Below are positions 49,052-59,310 of a DNA stretch of 64,000 nt, in pieces. The notes under the pieces were generated by a model that saw only the letters and a program-made list of their open reading frames with translations, did no database searches and was not told the DNA's origin. The stretch comes from Nitrosopumilus sp. (GTDB lineage: Archaea; Thermoproteota; Nitrososphaeria; Nitrososphaerales; Nitrosopumilaceae), in NCBI GenBank assembly GCA_965207075.1, contig CBDBLO010000002.1:576001-640000 (forward strand), read 5' to 3'. Within the stretch, counting starts at the first letter, position 1. Each line of letters opens with the position of its first letter. The translations under genes and the position numbers were made by a program.

Positions 49052-50182
49052 TCACAGGCTCTTTGCAAGCTCGAGCTTCTGCGGAAGGTACTTGTCCGTG
49101 ATGTTGGTAAGCCCGTATTTTGAGAACGCCTCTAGTTCCGCCTTGCGCTTGAGCCTCAGGAACACGTCAAGCTCCTTGCGCCATACGCCGTAGGCGTACC
49201 TCGGATCGCTCTTCAGATCGTGGCATCTCTTGATGTCCGACTCTGTCATTGGGATGGTGGGCAGCTTGTACTTTTCAATGTCCGTGGCCCAGACCCCGAC
49301 CCACTTTGCGTCCGGGACGGTCAGCTCGCGCAGGTGTGCCGCATTGGCGGAGCCTGACTTTATCACCATGGCGATGTGCTCCCCGTACACGTCCCCGTCA
49401 GTCAGGATTATTATGGGCAGCCCCATCTCGTCGTGCAGCCGCTTGAGGAGCGTACGCGTGGAGCGCGGAGCCTGCCCCCCGGTGTTCACTATTATCGACT
49501 TGAATTTCTTGTCAACCTGCTCCTCCACGAACCTGGTGAACAGCCCGCCCTTCTCTATCGCGATTACAATCTCGGCGCTGGTGTCGACAAGCTCCGCGGT
49601 GGTGAGGCTCGGGCCTATGGAGTACCCGTCCGGATGGTTTGAGAGGTTCATCGTCTTGCCCTCGTACCCTGGGATGGTGTACTCAACGCTGAGGTCGCCG
49701 AATATGGTGCTGCGCTCCTCCGGGAATATGTGAAAGTCCTCCCGCGGCCTTGACGTAACAGCCTCTAGGTCCACAATGATGTTGTCCGACTCGGACTGGT
49801 TCTCAAACTCGATTGCGAAGGCCTGGGACGAATAGTAGACGTCCCTGAGGGTCGAGGACTTTTTCTCCTTTGTAAGCCTGTTTGCAAAGAACGCAAGCCA
49901 CATCAGCTGCGTAAACGACCGGAGCTGCGAGGAGTTGTGCGAACTGCGCATGGCCGACGCGTTGCCCAGTATGTACTGCCGGGTCGCGTCGTCAAATACG
50001 ATGTTGTTTACAGACCTGCTGGGTATGGAGAACGAGGGGAACCTGCCCGCGTTGAGGTCGTCGTATATGCGGGCGCCGTGCCCCTTGAGCTCGCCCAGTA
50101 TGTTCTTCTGCTTTAGCCTTGCCTTTGTCGCCGCGTCGACCTTTGGCTTTTTTGCGGCCCTGCGCTTTGCGCTGCCTGCCAT
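49052..50182 (-). CDS. top6A: DNA topoisomerase VI subunit A
   Basis: STLRDVYY, IEK, GQAP, TDGDVYG, KAELEA. Confidence 0.96.
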   Translation of the reverse strand: MAGSAKRRAAKKPKVDAATKARLKQKNILGELKGHGARIYDDLNAGRFPSFSIPSRSVNNIVFDDATRQYILGNASAMRSSHNSSQLRSFTQLMWLAFFANRLTKEKKSSTLRDVYYSSQAFAIEFENQSESDNIIVDLEAVTSRPREDFHIFPEERSTIFGDLSVEYTIPGYEGKTMNLSNHPDGYSIGPSLTTAELVDTSAEIVIAIEKGGLFTRFVEEQVDKKFKSIIVNTGGQAPRSTRTLLKRLHDEMGLPIIILTDGDVYGEHIAMVIKSGSANAAHLRELTVPDAKWVGVWATDIEKYKLPTIPMTESDIKRCHDLKSDPRYAYGVWRKELDVFLRLKRKAELEAFSKYGLTNITDKYLPQKLELAKSL

Positions 50183-52458
50183 TATGGCGCTGACCTCCTA
50201 CTGCTGCCTGCATGGGGGCCGGCGCTTTTCTGCCGCCCCCGCCTCTTTATAGTCGCCGCCACGAGCGCCTTTTTCCCCTTGCGCGACTGTTGTTGCTGCC
50301 GCTGCCGCTGCTGCGCGGCCCTCTTCGAAGAGCGGGCCTTCTTTGAGGATGCAGCGGATCTTCGGGCCGCAGCCTTTTTCCTGCCGCCGGGGGCGGAGAC
50401 CAAAGTACCGCCGGTGTCGTCAAACGCCTTCATTTCCCCAACTGACATGTCGGAGGTACTGCCTTTTATGTCGGGCGCGCCGACGGGTTCTGCATCATCA
50501 ATTTGATCATGACTGCCGCCGGGCGCGCCGTTATCGCCGCGGTCGTCGCTTGCGCCGCGCCCGCCGGTCTTGGACTGTTGTAATGATGATGATGATGGTG
50601 ATGAGGCCGATGCCACCTCTGCGTCAAGCGTATTCCCAAAGGATGTATTTCGGAGAACCTTCTGGTATGCCGGCTCCTTCCTCTTGCCTGACAGTTCGGT
50701 GCAGAACTGGGCGATCATTGGGACGTATTTCGCATACAGGTTTGCGCGCCTCTTTGCGGCCTCGGCCTGCCCCCTCTTGGACATGTAGCCGGCAAGCTTT
50801 CTGGACAGGTACTGCAGGGCCAGCCGCAGTTCGCGCTCTATCTCGGGCCTGTCGGCCACGTTCTCCTTTCCGGCCGTCTTGTACGGCACGCGCGTGGAGC
50901 ATATGTGCGACACGATGACAAACGGCGGGTCGCCCTTTACCTTGTAGCGGGCCCAGTCGATGTCGTTTACCACCTTCAGCACCACGTCGCTCCCCTCGTC
51001 ATACAGCAGGGGGATGCGGTTGGCAAACCGGTACACGTGCGGACCTCCGGACGGTATCTGCCCCCCGTACGCGATCCCCATCTCCACGACGAACGGGAAT
51101 CCAGAGTACGCCGACGCGGGCCGCTGCACCACCGCCGAAAAGTCCGGCTCGAAGAACTTTGCAATCCCCTTTTCAAGCGGCTCGGCCCCGAGGGGCGCAA
51201 GGCAGCTGGAGTCGGGCGCCAGGAACGCGTCATACTTTTGAAGCGAGTCGCTCAGGCCCACGAGCTCCTGGTTCGTCAGGGTGCCCACCCTCTTCTCCGG
51301 CTTGAACCCCGCGAACTCGGAAAATTTGGCGGCCGTGCTTACGCCCACGCGCTGAAACCGCTTTGTGAGGAACGCCGCGAGCTGCTCCCCCTGGACCGTG
51401 TTTGCAAGCTGCCTGTAGTAGGGGCTGTCGCTGCTCATCGGGATGGACTTTGTATCGGACGTCGCAAGGTCCCAGTATGATATCAGGCCGTTTGCCACGT
51501 CGATGTCCTCTATCCGGACGCGGCTAATGGCGTCGAATCCCATCTTCATAAACGACATCATGGCAAGTACGATCCTGACGTGCCTCGTGAGCCCCTTCCA
51601 TTTTTTTGCGGTGCGCGACATTATCTTTGCAAAGTCGGCGTCCTTCTTGACCCCTATGTCCTTGCATATCTTTGAGATCATCGCGCTGTTCACCACGGGT
51701 ATGTCAAACTGCGACTCGACGATCATGCGCCGTATGCGCTCCACGTCCACCCCGTGCGGGTGCGGCCTGATTATGGTGGGCGGGGGCGGTATCTCCTTTA
51801 CGAACCTGGGGTGCGAAAAGGACTGCCCCTTCGGATCGTCAAACTTTATGGTCGCATACGGCGTAATCAGCGACGTCTCGTACACATAGTCGCGTATCTT
51901 GGAGCCGGCCTTTGAGTAGTCGCCCTCCAGGCATATGCTTACCGACAGCCCCACCTTGGACACCTCGCGCGTCTCGTGCCTTACTATCACGGGCTTGTTC
52001 TTCTGTATGTCAAGCAGTATCTCAAACCTGTCCTGCGTCTTTCCGTCCACGGAGCTGTGCACCACGACAGGCGTGTTGGTGGTGATCTGCCCGTACAGTA
52101 TCGCCATGGTGGCCCCGAGCCCGAACATGCCGCGCGCCTGCTTGAGCCCGAACTTTGAGCCGTACAGGACCGTTCCAAACGCAAGCGGTATGTGGTCTGC
52201 GTCTACCCCGGGGCCGTTGTCCTTGACGGTCAGTACGTAGTGGCGCGGATCCGGCTTTGACGGGTCGACTGCCTTTATCATGAGGTGCACGTTTGGAAGT
52301 ATGCCCTTCTGGTCGCATGCGTCAAGGGAGTTCTCGACCAGCTCGCGGACGGCAGTATACAGCGAGCGCGTAGGGTTGCTGAACCCTGCAAGGTCCCTGT
52401 TGCTGTAGAAGAATTCGCTCGGCGAGATCTGGTTGAACCGCTCCTTAATCTGAACCAT
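50182..52458 (-). CDS. top6B: DNA topoisomerase VI subunit B with low-complexity C-terminal tail
   Basis: ELVENSLDA, DNGPG, GSKF, RGMFGLG, RFANRIPLLYD. Confidence 0.96.
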   Translation of the reverse strand: MVQIKERFNQISPSEFFYSNRDLAGFSNPTRSLYTAVRELVENSLDACDQKGILPNVHLMIKAVDPSKPDPRHYVLTVKDNGPGVDADHIPLAFGTVLYGSKFGLKQARGMFGLGATMAILYGQITTNTPVVVHSSVDGKTQDRFEILLDIQKNKPVIVRHETREVSKVGLSVSICLEGDYSKAGSKIRDYVYETSLITPYATIKFDDPKGQSFSHPRFVKEIPPPPTIIRPHPHGVDVERIRRMIVESQFDIPVVNSAMISKICKDIGVKKDADFAKIMSRTAKKWKGLTRHVRIVLAMMSFMKMGFDAISRVRIEDIDVANGLISYWDLATSDTKSIPMSSDSPYYRQLANTVQGEQLAAFLTKRFQRVGVSTAAKFSEFAGFKPEKRVGTLTNQELVGLSDSLQKYDAFLAPDSSCLAPLGAEPLEKGIAKFFEPDFSAVVQRPASAYSGFPFVVEMGIAYGGQIPSGGPHVYRFANRIPLLYDEGSDVVLKVVNDIDWARYKVKGDPPFVIVSHICSTRVPYKTAGKENVADRPEIERELRLALQYLSRKLAGYMSKRGQAEAAKRRANLYAKYVPMIAQFCTELSGKRKEPAYQKVLRNTSFGNTLDAEVASASSPSSSSLQQSKTGGRGASDDRGDNGAPGGSHDQIDDAEPVGAPDIKGSTSDMSVGEMKAFDDTGGTLVSAPGGRKKAAARRSAASSKKARSSKRAAQQRQRQQQQSRKGKKALVAATIKRRGRQKSAGPHAGSSRRSAP

Positions 52459-53035
52459 GAACGACACCCGTCTTCTCTTCCCACAGGATCATTCGCTCCT
52501 GCCTCTGCCGCCGGTTCGCGGCCTCGAGCCGGTTGTATACCGCCCCGTGCATGCTTCCGCCGGATATTGCGCCGACCGCGTCGGCGGCGCGCTTCAGCCT
52601 GCTTCCTGCCCCGATAATCGAAACCGTCTTTCCATATACGGATATCCGGGTGCCGCTGAGCTGCTCCATGTTTTTCCTTGCTCTGCCGCGCTCTCCTATA
52701 ATCCTACCCCTTATCCTCTCGATGTTGGCGCGCGACTTGCCCCCGAAATCGGCCAGGCTTATCACGTGCAGCGAGTTCTCATCCTCAAGAAGCGTCATGG
52801 CGACGTCGGGCGCAAAACCCCTGCCGATGGCCATTACTATCTCTACTGCCTTGAAGGGGGCGTACTCCTCGCCGGCCGCGTCACCCTCCGCGGACACCCA
52901 CACCTCGCCGGTCGAGCCGTCCACTGAGATAGCGACCCCGCACCTGCGCTCTATCTCGGATTTTGCCGAGCCTTTTTTTCCGATCAGCACCGCCACCCGC
53001 TCGTGCGGTATTCGGATCATCTTGTCAAACATCAT
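52445..53035 (-). CDS. KH-domain RNA-processing protein (Dim2/Pno1)
   Basis: LIGKKG, AIGRGF, GRIIGERG, GSMHGAVY. Confidence 0.92.
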   Translation of the reverse strand: MMFDKMIRIPHERVAVLIGKKGSAKSEIERRCGVAISVDGSTGEVWVSAEGDAAGEEYAPFKAVEIVMAIGRGFAPDVAMTLLEDENSLHVISLADFGGKSRANIERIRGRIIGERGRARKNMEQLSGTRISVYGKTVSIIGAGSRLKRAADAVGAISGGSMHGAVYNRLEAANRRQRQERMILWEEKTGVVHGSD

Positions 53036-53939
53036 GATGACGATGTCATCTCCTCCATGATACGGCCTGGATCGTCCACGCTTACCCCCTTCTTCTCAAA
53101 GAATCTTGTAATGTTGTTAATATCTCTTTGAAGAAACATGCGCGCGTTAGGATGCCGCCGGTCCACTGCAGAGCCCAGGTCGAACACGACAAGCCCCCTG
53201 CCGCGCACCTTGAAGATGTTATACTCGGAGTAATCCCCGTGCACGAGGTTTGCCTTTGCATACATGTCCCTGAGCATGGACAGGGCCCCGCGGTAGTCGC
53301 TGTAGTCGACAGGCCAGTGCAGCAGCTGCGCGGCGGGGCGGCCCCTGGCGCCGCTGCCGTCGTCGCCGCTGCCGGAACCGGGGGCGTGGCCCGCGTCTAT
53401 GAACTCCATTGCCAGGACGTTGTTTGCGACATGGATGGGCCTCGGAACGAGAATGCCGGCCTCGGCGCACTGCGTCAGGTTGCGGAACTCCTTTCTTGCC
53501 CAGAGGTACACCATGTTGCGCGTGCCCCCCCTGACTGAGGCAAACCTCGGGTCGCCATACATGTATGCCTGCCGGCGCTTGAAGTTGGAGGTGCTGACCA
53601 GGTATATCTTGAGGGCGACGTCCTCCCCGGCGGGGCCTAGGCCCCAGAACACCAGCGACTCCTTGCCTGCGCTCACCGAGCCGTGACGCCTGAGAGTATG
53701 CCGTCAGTTATCATCTTGTAGAGGGTCATCACGGTGCGCTTGTCGAGCACCTCGTTTACCACCTTGTTCTTCTTAAAGCCGTCTGCCAGCTCCCTTCTCC
53801 TGCGGTGGTGCAGCTTGGGCTCTAGCATCTCCTCAAATGCCTCGCCGGGGGACGGGCCGTCCTGCATGCCGCCATCGCCATCGCCATCGCCATGCCCGTT
53901 ATGATCATCGCCGGTATGGCTGCCCGTCCCACTGTCCAT
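53032..53939 (-). CDS. rio1: RIO1 serine kinase, split by a 1-nt frameshift near 53684
   Basis: N-part EVLDKRTVMTLYKMI...SGV (53673..53939); C-part VSAGKES, WARKEFRNL, VHGDYSEYN, FDLG (53032..53676). Confidence 0.88.
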
Positions 53940-54318
53940 GACAGTGTATCGCGCCGCCGGCTAAAATTGATTTCCGTCGGCTCGCATGGCCCCGCCGCCG
54001 GATGAACCCTGCGGTTTTCCGGCGGGACGTGCTGCGCGATACCATGCCGCCGCATGCGGCGGCCGGACGCATAGAGTTGATCATATTATCCGCTCGTGGA
54101 CGCGCGCCGGGCCCGTACGCGTCGTTGCGTGGCGCGGTGCGCCGGCCCCCGCATTGCATGAAAGATCGTATCTGCCATACCCAATATAGTCACCGACAAC
54201 AAAATTACCCACCATGCGCATAACAACTTCGCGCGCTGCGGTATAGGATTTCAGGCCATAATTTTAAATTTAGATCAGGCGTTTGGCGCGTACGCATTCC
54301 GTCACACGGGCGCATAGC

Positions 54319-54618
54319 CTACATTTTGAAAATCAGGAGAAACGGAACGTTGGATATTGTTCTGGCGCCGTCCCTTGAGCCGACGCCGAGCTCGGTGGCC
54401 AGTGAGACGGCCTTTTCTCCGACCATGTTGATAATGGACGAGTCCCTGAGCAGCCTCGACGCCTTTTCTCTGGATATTATTTCCCCGCCATAATATTCCT
54501 CGCTGATGTGCATGGTGTGATCGTCGTCCCCCTGACCGATGCGCCTGCCGAGCAGTTCTGCATCGCACATGTTGAGCATCATGTTTCCTTGGTATTCGGA
54601 GACGCGCGCCGAAAACAT
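54319..54618 (-). CDS. DUF424 family protein
   Basis: CDAELLG, EEYYGG, NMVG, VP. Confidence 0.88.
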   Translation of the reverse strand: MFSARVSEYQGNMMLNMCDAELLGRRIGQGDDDHTMHISEEYYGGEIISREKASRLLRDSSIINMVGEKAVSLATELGVGSRDGARTISNVPFLLIFKM

Positions 54619-54622
54619 GCTA

Positions 54623-55054
54623 TCACGCGTACTTGCCCTTTAGCGTGGATTTTGCCCCGCACGCCTCGCATATCAGAAACGATATCCGGTTCTCCCTGGA
54701 CGTCTTCGTGTCCGGGCTCTTGCAGGTGGGGCACTCGAGATAGTCCTTTACGTATATCTGGAACAGGCGCGTAAAGTCGTCGGGGTCCCTCCTGCCGATG
54801 AACATGGCCTTGTCGCCTATCCGCTCGGCCGGCACCGCGAACTCCTTTGACAGGTACTGGAGCAGCTTGTCAGGATCGCGCCTCAGCACCTTGGGGAACT
54901 CTGCAAAGTTCCGCAGAAAGGTCTTCTGCCCCTCCCGCATCACGTCGACCACCGGCAGCTCGAACCGCGCGGACTGGCCGTCGTCGCGCCTCTGCCCCCG
55001 GCCGATCTCCCCCTCGATTCTCTTGAGCAGGGCCTCGTAGTCTTTTGCCGCCAT
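54623..55054 (-). CDS. eif2b: Translation initiation factor aIF-2 beta
   Basis: YEALL, RFELP, NF, CPTCKSPDT, CEACGA. Confidence 0.94.
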   Translation of the reverse strand: MAAKDYEALLKRIEGEIGRGQRRDDGQSARFELPVVDVMREGQKTFLRNFAEFPKVLRRDPDKLLQYLSKEFAVPAERIGDKAMFIGRRDPDDFTRLFQIYVKDYLECPTCKSPDTKTSRENRISFLICEACGAKSTLKGKYA

Positions 55055-55118
55055 TACAGGGGCCCTCGACAGCACACGCTATATGGGTTTTGAAAAAATG
55101 GAGTCGGAACTCCGGGTG

Positions 55119-55262
55119 TTATGGTTTGCCAATCCTAAAGACACCGGTTCCACATACGGGACAGGTGCCCTTGACGGCCGGTCTTCCGTTCTTTAGCGTG
55201 GTCTCTTGCGGGTCCTTGATCTCACACTTTGCTCTGCATTTGACGCAGTATGCTTGAACCAT
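55119..55262 (-). CDS. 47-aa DUF5679 family zinc-ribbon protein (below the ORF-track cutoff)
   Basis: MVQAYCVKCRAKCEIKDPQETTLKNGRPAVKGTCPVCGTGVFRIGKP. Confidence 0.88.
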   Translation of the reverse strand: MVQAYCVKCRAKCEIKDPQETTLKNGRPAVKGTCPVCGTGVFRIGKP

Positions 55263-55513
55263 TTCAAAACTGCTTTTCTGTGCATGTATATAGTAAGAGT
55301 CAGTGAAATTTGTTTAACAATGTTATTAATTTTTAATGTGTGAATTCCACCCTTCGGGTTCCTCCGGGAAGAAGAAAATCACCGGATCGTGCGTTTTATA
55401 ATGCAAAAATACAAGAATTGCACGTATTGCGGGTATTTCATGGGTTTTTTGATCAGAATAGCCGTATGACGTCGCGCCCACGAATTATAAGTTACGTGCA
55501 CCGACAACCGGTA

Positions 55514-56044
55514 TTGGCCTCCAAACGGGGAATTGTCATAACGGCGGTTATACTGGCCGGCATTACCGGCGCAAGTTTTCTGGCCTGGCTGCCGGGGAGC
55601 GGTGGTGGCGGCGCGTCAAACCAGGCCACCTTTGTGATATCAGACCACAAGGAATATCTTGACAGCGTCAGGAACATACACGAGGTTCTGGTCGAATCCA
55701 CCGCGATCGAGTTTGAGATGCTGCTGGACGGCGAGATCACGGCGGCCGAATACACGAGAAGCTCGGAGACCACCTCGACACAGACTGCCATGCAGATACG
55801 CGAGTTCATCACCTCAAAGCCCCCGGAGGAGTGGCAGGAGAGCTACATACTGTACGGCGAGGCGCTCAGGTCGTTTAACACGTACGTGGCAGAGACCCAG
55901 GCAGTGGCCAGCCTGATCGAAGAGGGGGGACTGGACGGCATATCCGACGCGCACCTGCGCGAGTCGCTCCAGAGGACAGAGTCCCTGCTCTCAGAGTCCG
56001 ACGAGTACGTCAAGAGATCCGATGCCGCAAGGCCTCCCGCGTAG
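55514..56044 (+). CDS. Conserved membrane-anchored helical protein
   Basis: Probable TTG start (ASKRGIVITAVILAGITGASFLAW); PPEEWQESY. Confidence 0.75.
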   Translation: MASKRGIVITAVILAGITGASFLAWLPGSGGGGASNQATFVISDHKEYLDSVRNIHEVLVESTAIEFEMLLDGEITAAEYTRSSETTSTQTAMQIREFITSKPPEEWQESYILYGEALRSFNTYVAETQAVASLIEEGGLDGISDAHLRESLQRTESLLSESDEYVKRSDAARPPA

Positions 56045-56111
56045 TCTTGGCAGCGCTCCCGGCTTGCGGCACAGAACCAGTCTTTATTTGGGCGCCGCAG
56101 GCTCCAAGGGC

Positions 56112-57104
56112 ATGGACGGCGGCAGCGGCACCGGAGACGCCCGTGGCGCCGATGGCGGTGACGCGCGCGCAGGCAACCCAAGGGCCGGGATGCCCGTCGT
56201 AACGGGGAGGGGCATGACGGCGCTTCGCAGAAAGTTTGGCGGTGACGAGATGTCAGACTCGCGGGGCATAACTCGGGCCAGGCTCCTGACCCGGTTCGTG
56301 GGGGATCTAAGCTCCAAAAAGTTCGGCGCCATAATATTTGGATACGAGGGGGTGTTGCGCGATTACGGCGGCGGACACACCATGCCGCTAAAGGAGATTG
56401 GCGCCGAGCTTGAAAGAATCATGCGCGGCGGAATTATAGTCGGAATCGCGTCAAGGAGCGGCCACGAATCGATGGCCGCGGAGCTCCGACACATGATAAG
56501 GCCCGAATACTGGGATGACACGTGTGTCGGATATTGCAACGGAACCGACATCAGGGCGCTGAGCGATGCGGAGACAAGCCAAACTCGTGCAAGTAACGAT
56601 CACGTTGAGTTTGTCACTAACGCGATCGAGTCAAGCGACGTGATCTCGGAATCCGACGTTACATATTGTGGAGGCCAGGCATCGATCAAAAACAGCGGCG
56701 GCGCCGGCGCCAAAAAATACAGCGCAGATATGATTCTCCGCGCGATGGCGGGCGCCGGCGCGACAATGCGGCGTAACGTCAAGGTGTTTGAGTCCGACGG
56801 GTACATAGACGTCGTCCCGTACGGCGACTCGAGGTACGAGGTGGTGAGGCGCACGAAGCTTGCACTCCCAAGGGATCGCTACATACTGTGCATAGGGTGC
56901 AGGGGCCAATGGCCCGGAGCCGACTGCGAGCTGCTGGCCCACAGGTACTCGCTGAGTACGGGCACCGTGTCTGCCACCGCATCCTCGTGCTGGAACCTGC
57001 TGCCGGAGGGGGAGGGCGGCGAGCAGGGGGCGCTCACATACATGAGAAGTATGCGCGTGGGGGACGGCAGCGGCCAAGGCGGCTGGTTCACCGTGAGGAT
57101 GTGA
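56112..57104 (+). CDS. Degenerate HAD-superfamily (IIB-like) protein
   Basis: IIFGYEGVL (cf. DxDGTL), GIASRSG (cf. ATGRG), GYCNG, LCIGCRG...GADCELL (cf. GD...ND). Confidence 0.65.
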   Translation: MDGGSGTGDARGADGGDARAGNPRAGMPVVTGRGMTALRRKFGGDEMSDSRGITRARLLTRFVGDLSSKKFGAIIFGYEGVLRDYGGGHTMPLKEIGAELERIMRGGIIVGIASRSGHESMAAELRHMIRPEYWDDTCVGYCNGTDIRALSDAETSQTRASNDHVEFVTNAIESSDVISESDVTYCGGQASIKNSGGAGAKKYSADMILRAMAGAGATMRRNVKVFESDGYIDVVPYGDSRYEVVRRTKLALPRDRYILCIGCRGQWPGADCELLAHRYSLSTGTVSATASSCWNLLPEGEGGEQGALTYMRSMRVGDGSGQGGWFTVRM

Positions 57105-57270
57105 CTGCCGCCGGCACCTCAGGCGTCCGGGATGCGCGGGGCTTGCGGCCGCGGGACGATCGGCGGCAGGGCCGCCGTTGGCCGGCCCGGACACACATAT
57201 AAGGCCACATACATGGCGGGTTCGCCCGCACGCCGGAAATCGTTAAAAGCAATCTGCACTATATAACGAC

Positions 57271-58491
57271 ATGTCGCAGCGCGCAGGCAAGGTCGAGAAG
57301 GACGTGAGCTCCTCTTCTGCAAGCAAGCTGCTTGTGGTGTGCGTCGACAGGGACAACGACGTGGGGGAGAAGGCCGGCATAGAGACCCCCGTGATAGGGA
57401 GGGACTCTTGCATAGAGGCGGCCCAGCGGCTGGCGCTGGAGGATCCCGAGGACGCGGACTCCAACTCTATATTCGCTGCCATAAAGACGTACGAGGATCT
57501 CATCAGCAAGGGGTATACCGTCGAGGTCGTCACGGTCGCGGGCGTGAAGAACAGGGGCGTGCAGGCCGACGAAAAGATACTCGCGGAGATCAAAAAGATC
57601 CAGAGCGAGTTTGGCGCAAACGGCGCCGTCATAGTGTCAGACGGCGAGGACGACGAGAGCGTCATACCCGTGATACAGAACGCGCTACCCGTCGTGTCCG
57701 TGCAGCGCGTCGTGATGAAGGTGAGCCGGAGCGTGGAGTACTCGTACGCGGTGCTGGGAAAGTACCTGAAGACAATCGCGTACGACTCCAGGTACTCGAA
57801 ATTCTTTCTGGGGGTCCCCGGAATACTGCTGCTGATGGCGGGCATCGCCACGGTCTTTAACTTTACAGAGATAATATTCGCCGCAGTGATCAGCATACTG
57901 GGAGGGGCCTTTCTGATCAGGGCCTTTGACATAGACAGGGCTTGGGCCAGCCTGTCAAAGCCGACGCCGATGGGATTCATACGCATCTTTACAATGGTGA
58001 CCGGGATCATCCTCATCATGTCGTCCATCCCAGCCGGGATCGGGGCCGTGGATGAAAACCTGTTGGAGCTGGACACGGACATAGTCGCCAAGGTGTCGGA
58101 CAAGGTGCTGATCGGGCAGTTCATCTCGGGCGCCCTGCCCATACTGTGGATAGGGCTTGGCGCCATACTTGCCGGCTCGCTGCTGAGCAACCTGATAGGG
58201 GGCACGCCAAGGCATACGGTCGACATACTGAGGCCTGTAGTCCTGGTGGCAATCTATCCGACTGCGTACCAGTTTACGAACATCATGATCCACGACGAGA
58301 GCTCCTTTACCCTGATCCCGCCCCTTATTGTGGGGCTGGCAGTCACGCTGGCCATAGCGTCCGTCCTGTTCAAGAAGTATCGCAGGCGCAGGACGGGCAA
58401 GGACGCGGCGGCGGCCGACGCCGACGAAGACGACGGCGGCGCCAGCAGCGGCGATGCTGAAACGGAACCGGGCAAGGAAAGGCAGTTATAA
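57271..58491 (+). CDS. DUF373 family membrane protein
   Basis: CVDRDNDVG, DPEDADSN, VSDGEDD, multiple TMs; upstream of uppS. Confidence 0.9.
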   Translation: MSQRAGKVEKDVSSSSASKLLVVCVDRDNDVGEKAGIETPVIGRDSCIEAAQRLALEDPEDADSNSIFAAIKTYEDLISKGYTVEVVTVAGVKNRGVQADEKILAEIKKIQSEFGANGAVIVSDGEDDESVIPVIQNALPVVSVQRVVMKVSRSVEYSYAVLGKYLKTIAYDSRYSKFFLGVPGILLLMAGIATVFNFTEIIFAAVISILGGAFLIRAFDIDRAWASLSKPTPMGFIRIFTMVTGIILIMSSIPAGIGAVDENLLELDTDIVAKVSDKVLIGQFISGALPILWIGLGAILAGSLLSNLIGGTPRHTVDILRPVVLVAIYPTAYQFTNIMIHDESSFTLIPPLIVGLAVTLAIASVLFKKYRRRRTGKDAAAADADEDDGGASSGDAETEPGKERQL

Positions 58492-58506
58492 CAATATTCG
58501 GTATGC

Positions 58507-59310
58507 TTGGACAGCATGGCAGGGGGCATAAGGAGCGCGGCGTTCGGCCTCTTTGGCTTTTACAGACTGTACAGCGGGAGGCTTGAGCGCGAGATAAGGG
58601 CCGGGGACATACCGAACCACATGGCGCTGATACTTGACGGCAACCGCAGGTGGGCAAGGCGCCATCTTGCGATGGAGAGAGACGGGCACGGCAGGGGCGC
58701 CGACGCGGTCGAGAACCTGCTTGACTGGTGCGAGGAGCTTGACATCAAGATAGTCACGCTATACGCGCTCTCGGCGGAGAACCTGTCAAGAAACGACCAG
58801 GAGCTGCAGGACCTCTTTGAGCTGATAAGGGCCAGGCTTGAAAAGCTGCTGGCCGACCCGCGCATACACCGGAGCCGCATGAGGGTAAAGGCGATCGGGA
58901 GGATAGAGATGCTCCCGGATACGATACGCGACGTGCTGCACCGGCTTGACGAGGCCACCAAGGGGTATGACTGCCGGTTCCTGAACATCGCGCTTGCATA
59001 CGGGGGCCAGTACGAGATGGTCGACGCCGTGAAAAAGATAGGGGAGAAGATAAGGGAGGGCAGGCTCAAGGTGGACGAGATCGACAGGGGCGTGATAGAG
59101 TCGAACCTTTACACGTCGCACCTGCCCCAGCCCTCGCCGGACATGATACTCCGCACGTCCGGCGAGAAGCGGCTGAGCGGGTTTCTGATGTGGCAGAGCG
59201 CGTACAGCGAGCTTGTGTTCATGGACATATTCTGGCCCGAGTTCAGGAAGATAGACCTGATGAGGGCGATCCGCACGTTCCAGAAGAGAAGGCGGAGGCT
59301 TGGCCGGTGA
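58507..59310 (+). CDS. uppS: cis-prenyltransferase (polyprenyl diphosphate synthase)
   Basis: ILDGNRRWA, SAEN, YGG, RTSGEKRLSGF. Confidence 0.95.
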   Translation: MDSMAGGIRSAAFGLFGFYRLYSGRLEREIRAGDIPNHMALILDGNRRWARRHLAMERDGHGRGADAVENLLDWCEELDIKIVTLYALSAENLSRNDQELQDLFELIRARLEKLLADPRIHRSRMRVKAIGRIEMLPDTIRDVLHRLDEATKGYDCRFLNIALAYGGQYEMVDAVKKIGEKIREGRLKVDEIDRGVIESNLYTSHLPQPSPDMILRTSGEKRLSGFLMWQSAYSELVFMDIFWPEFRKIDLMRAIRTFQKRRRRLGR

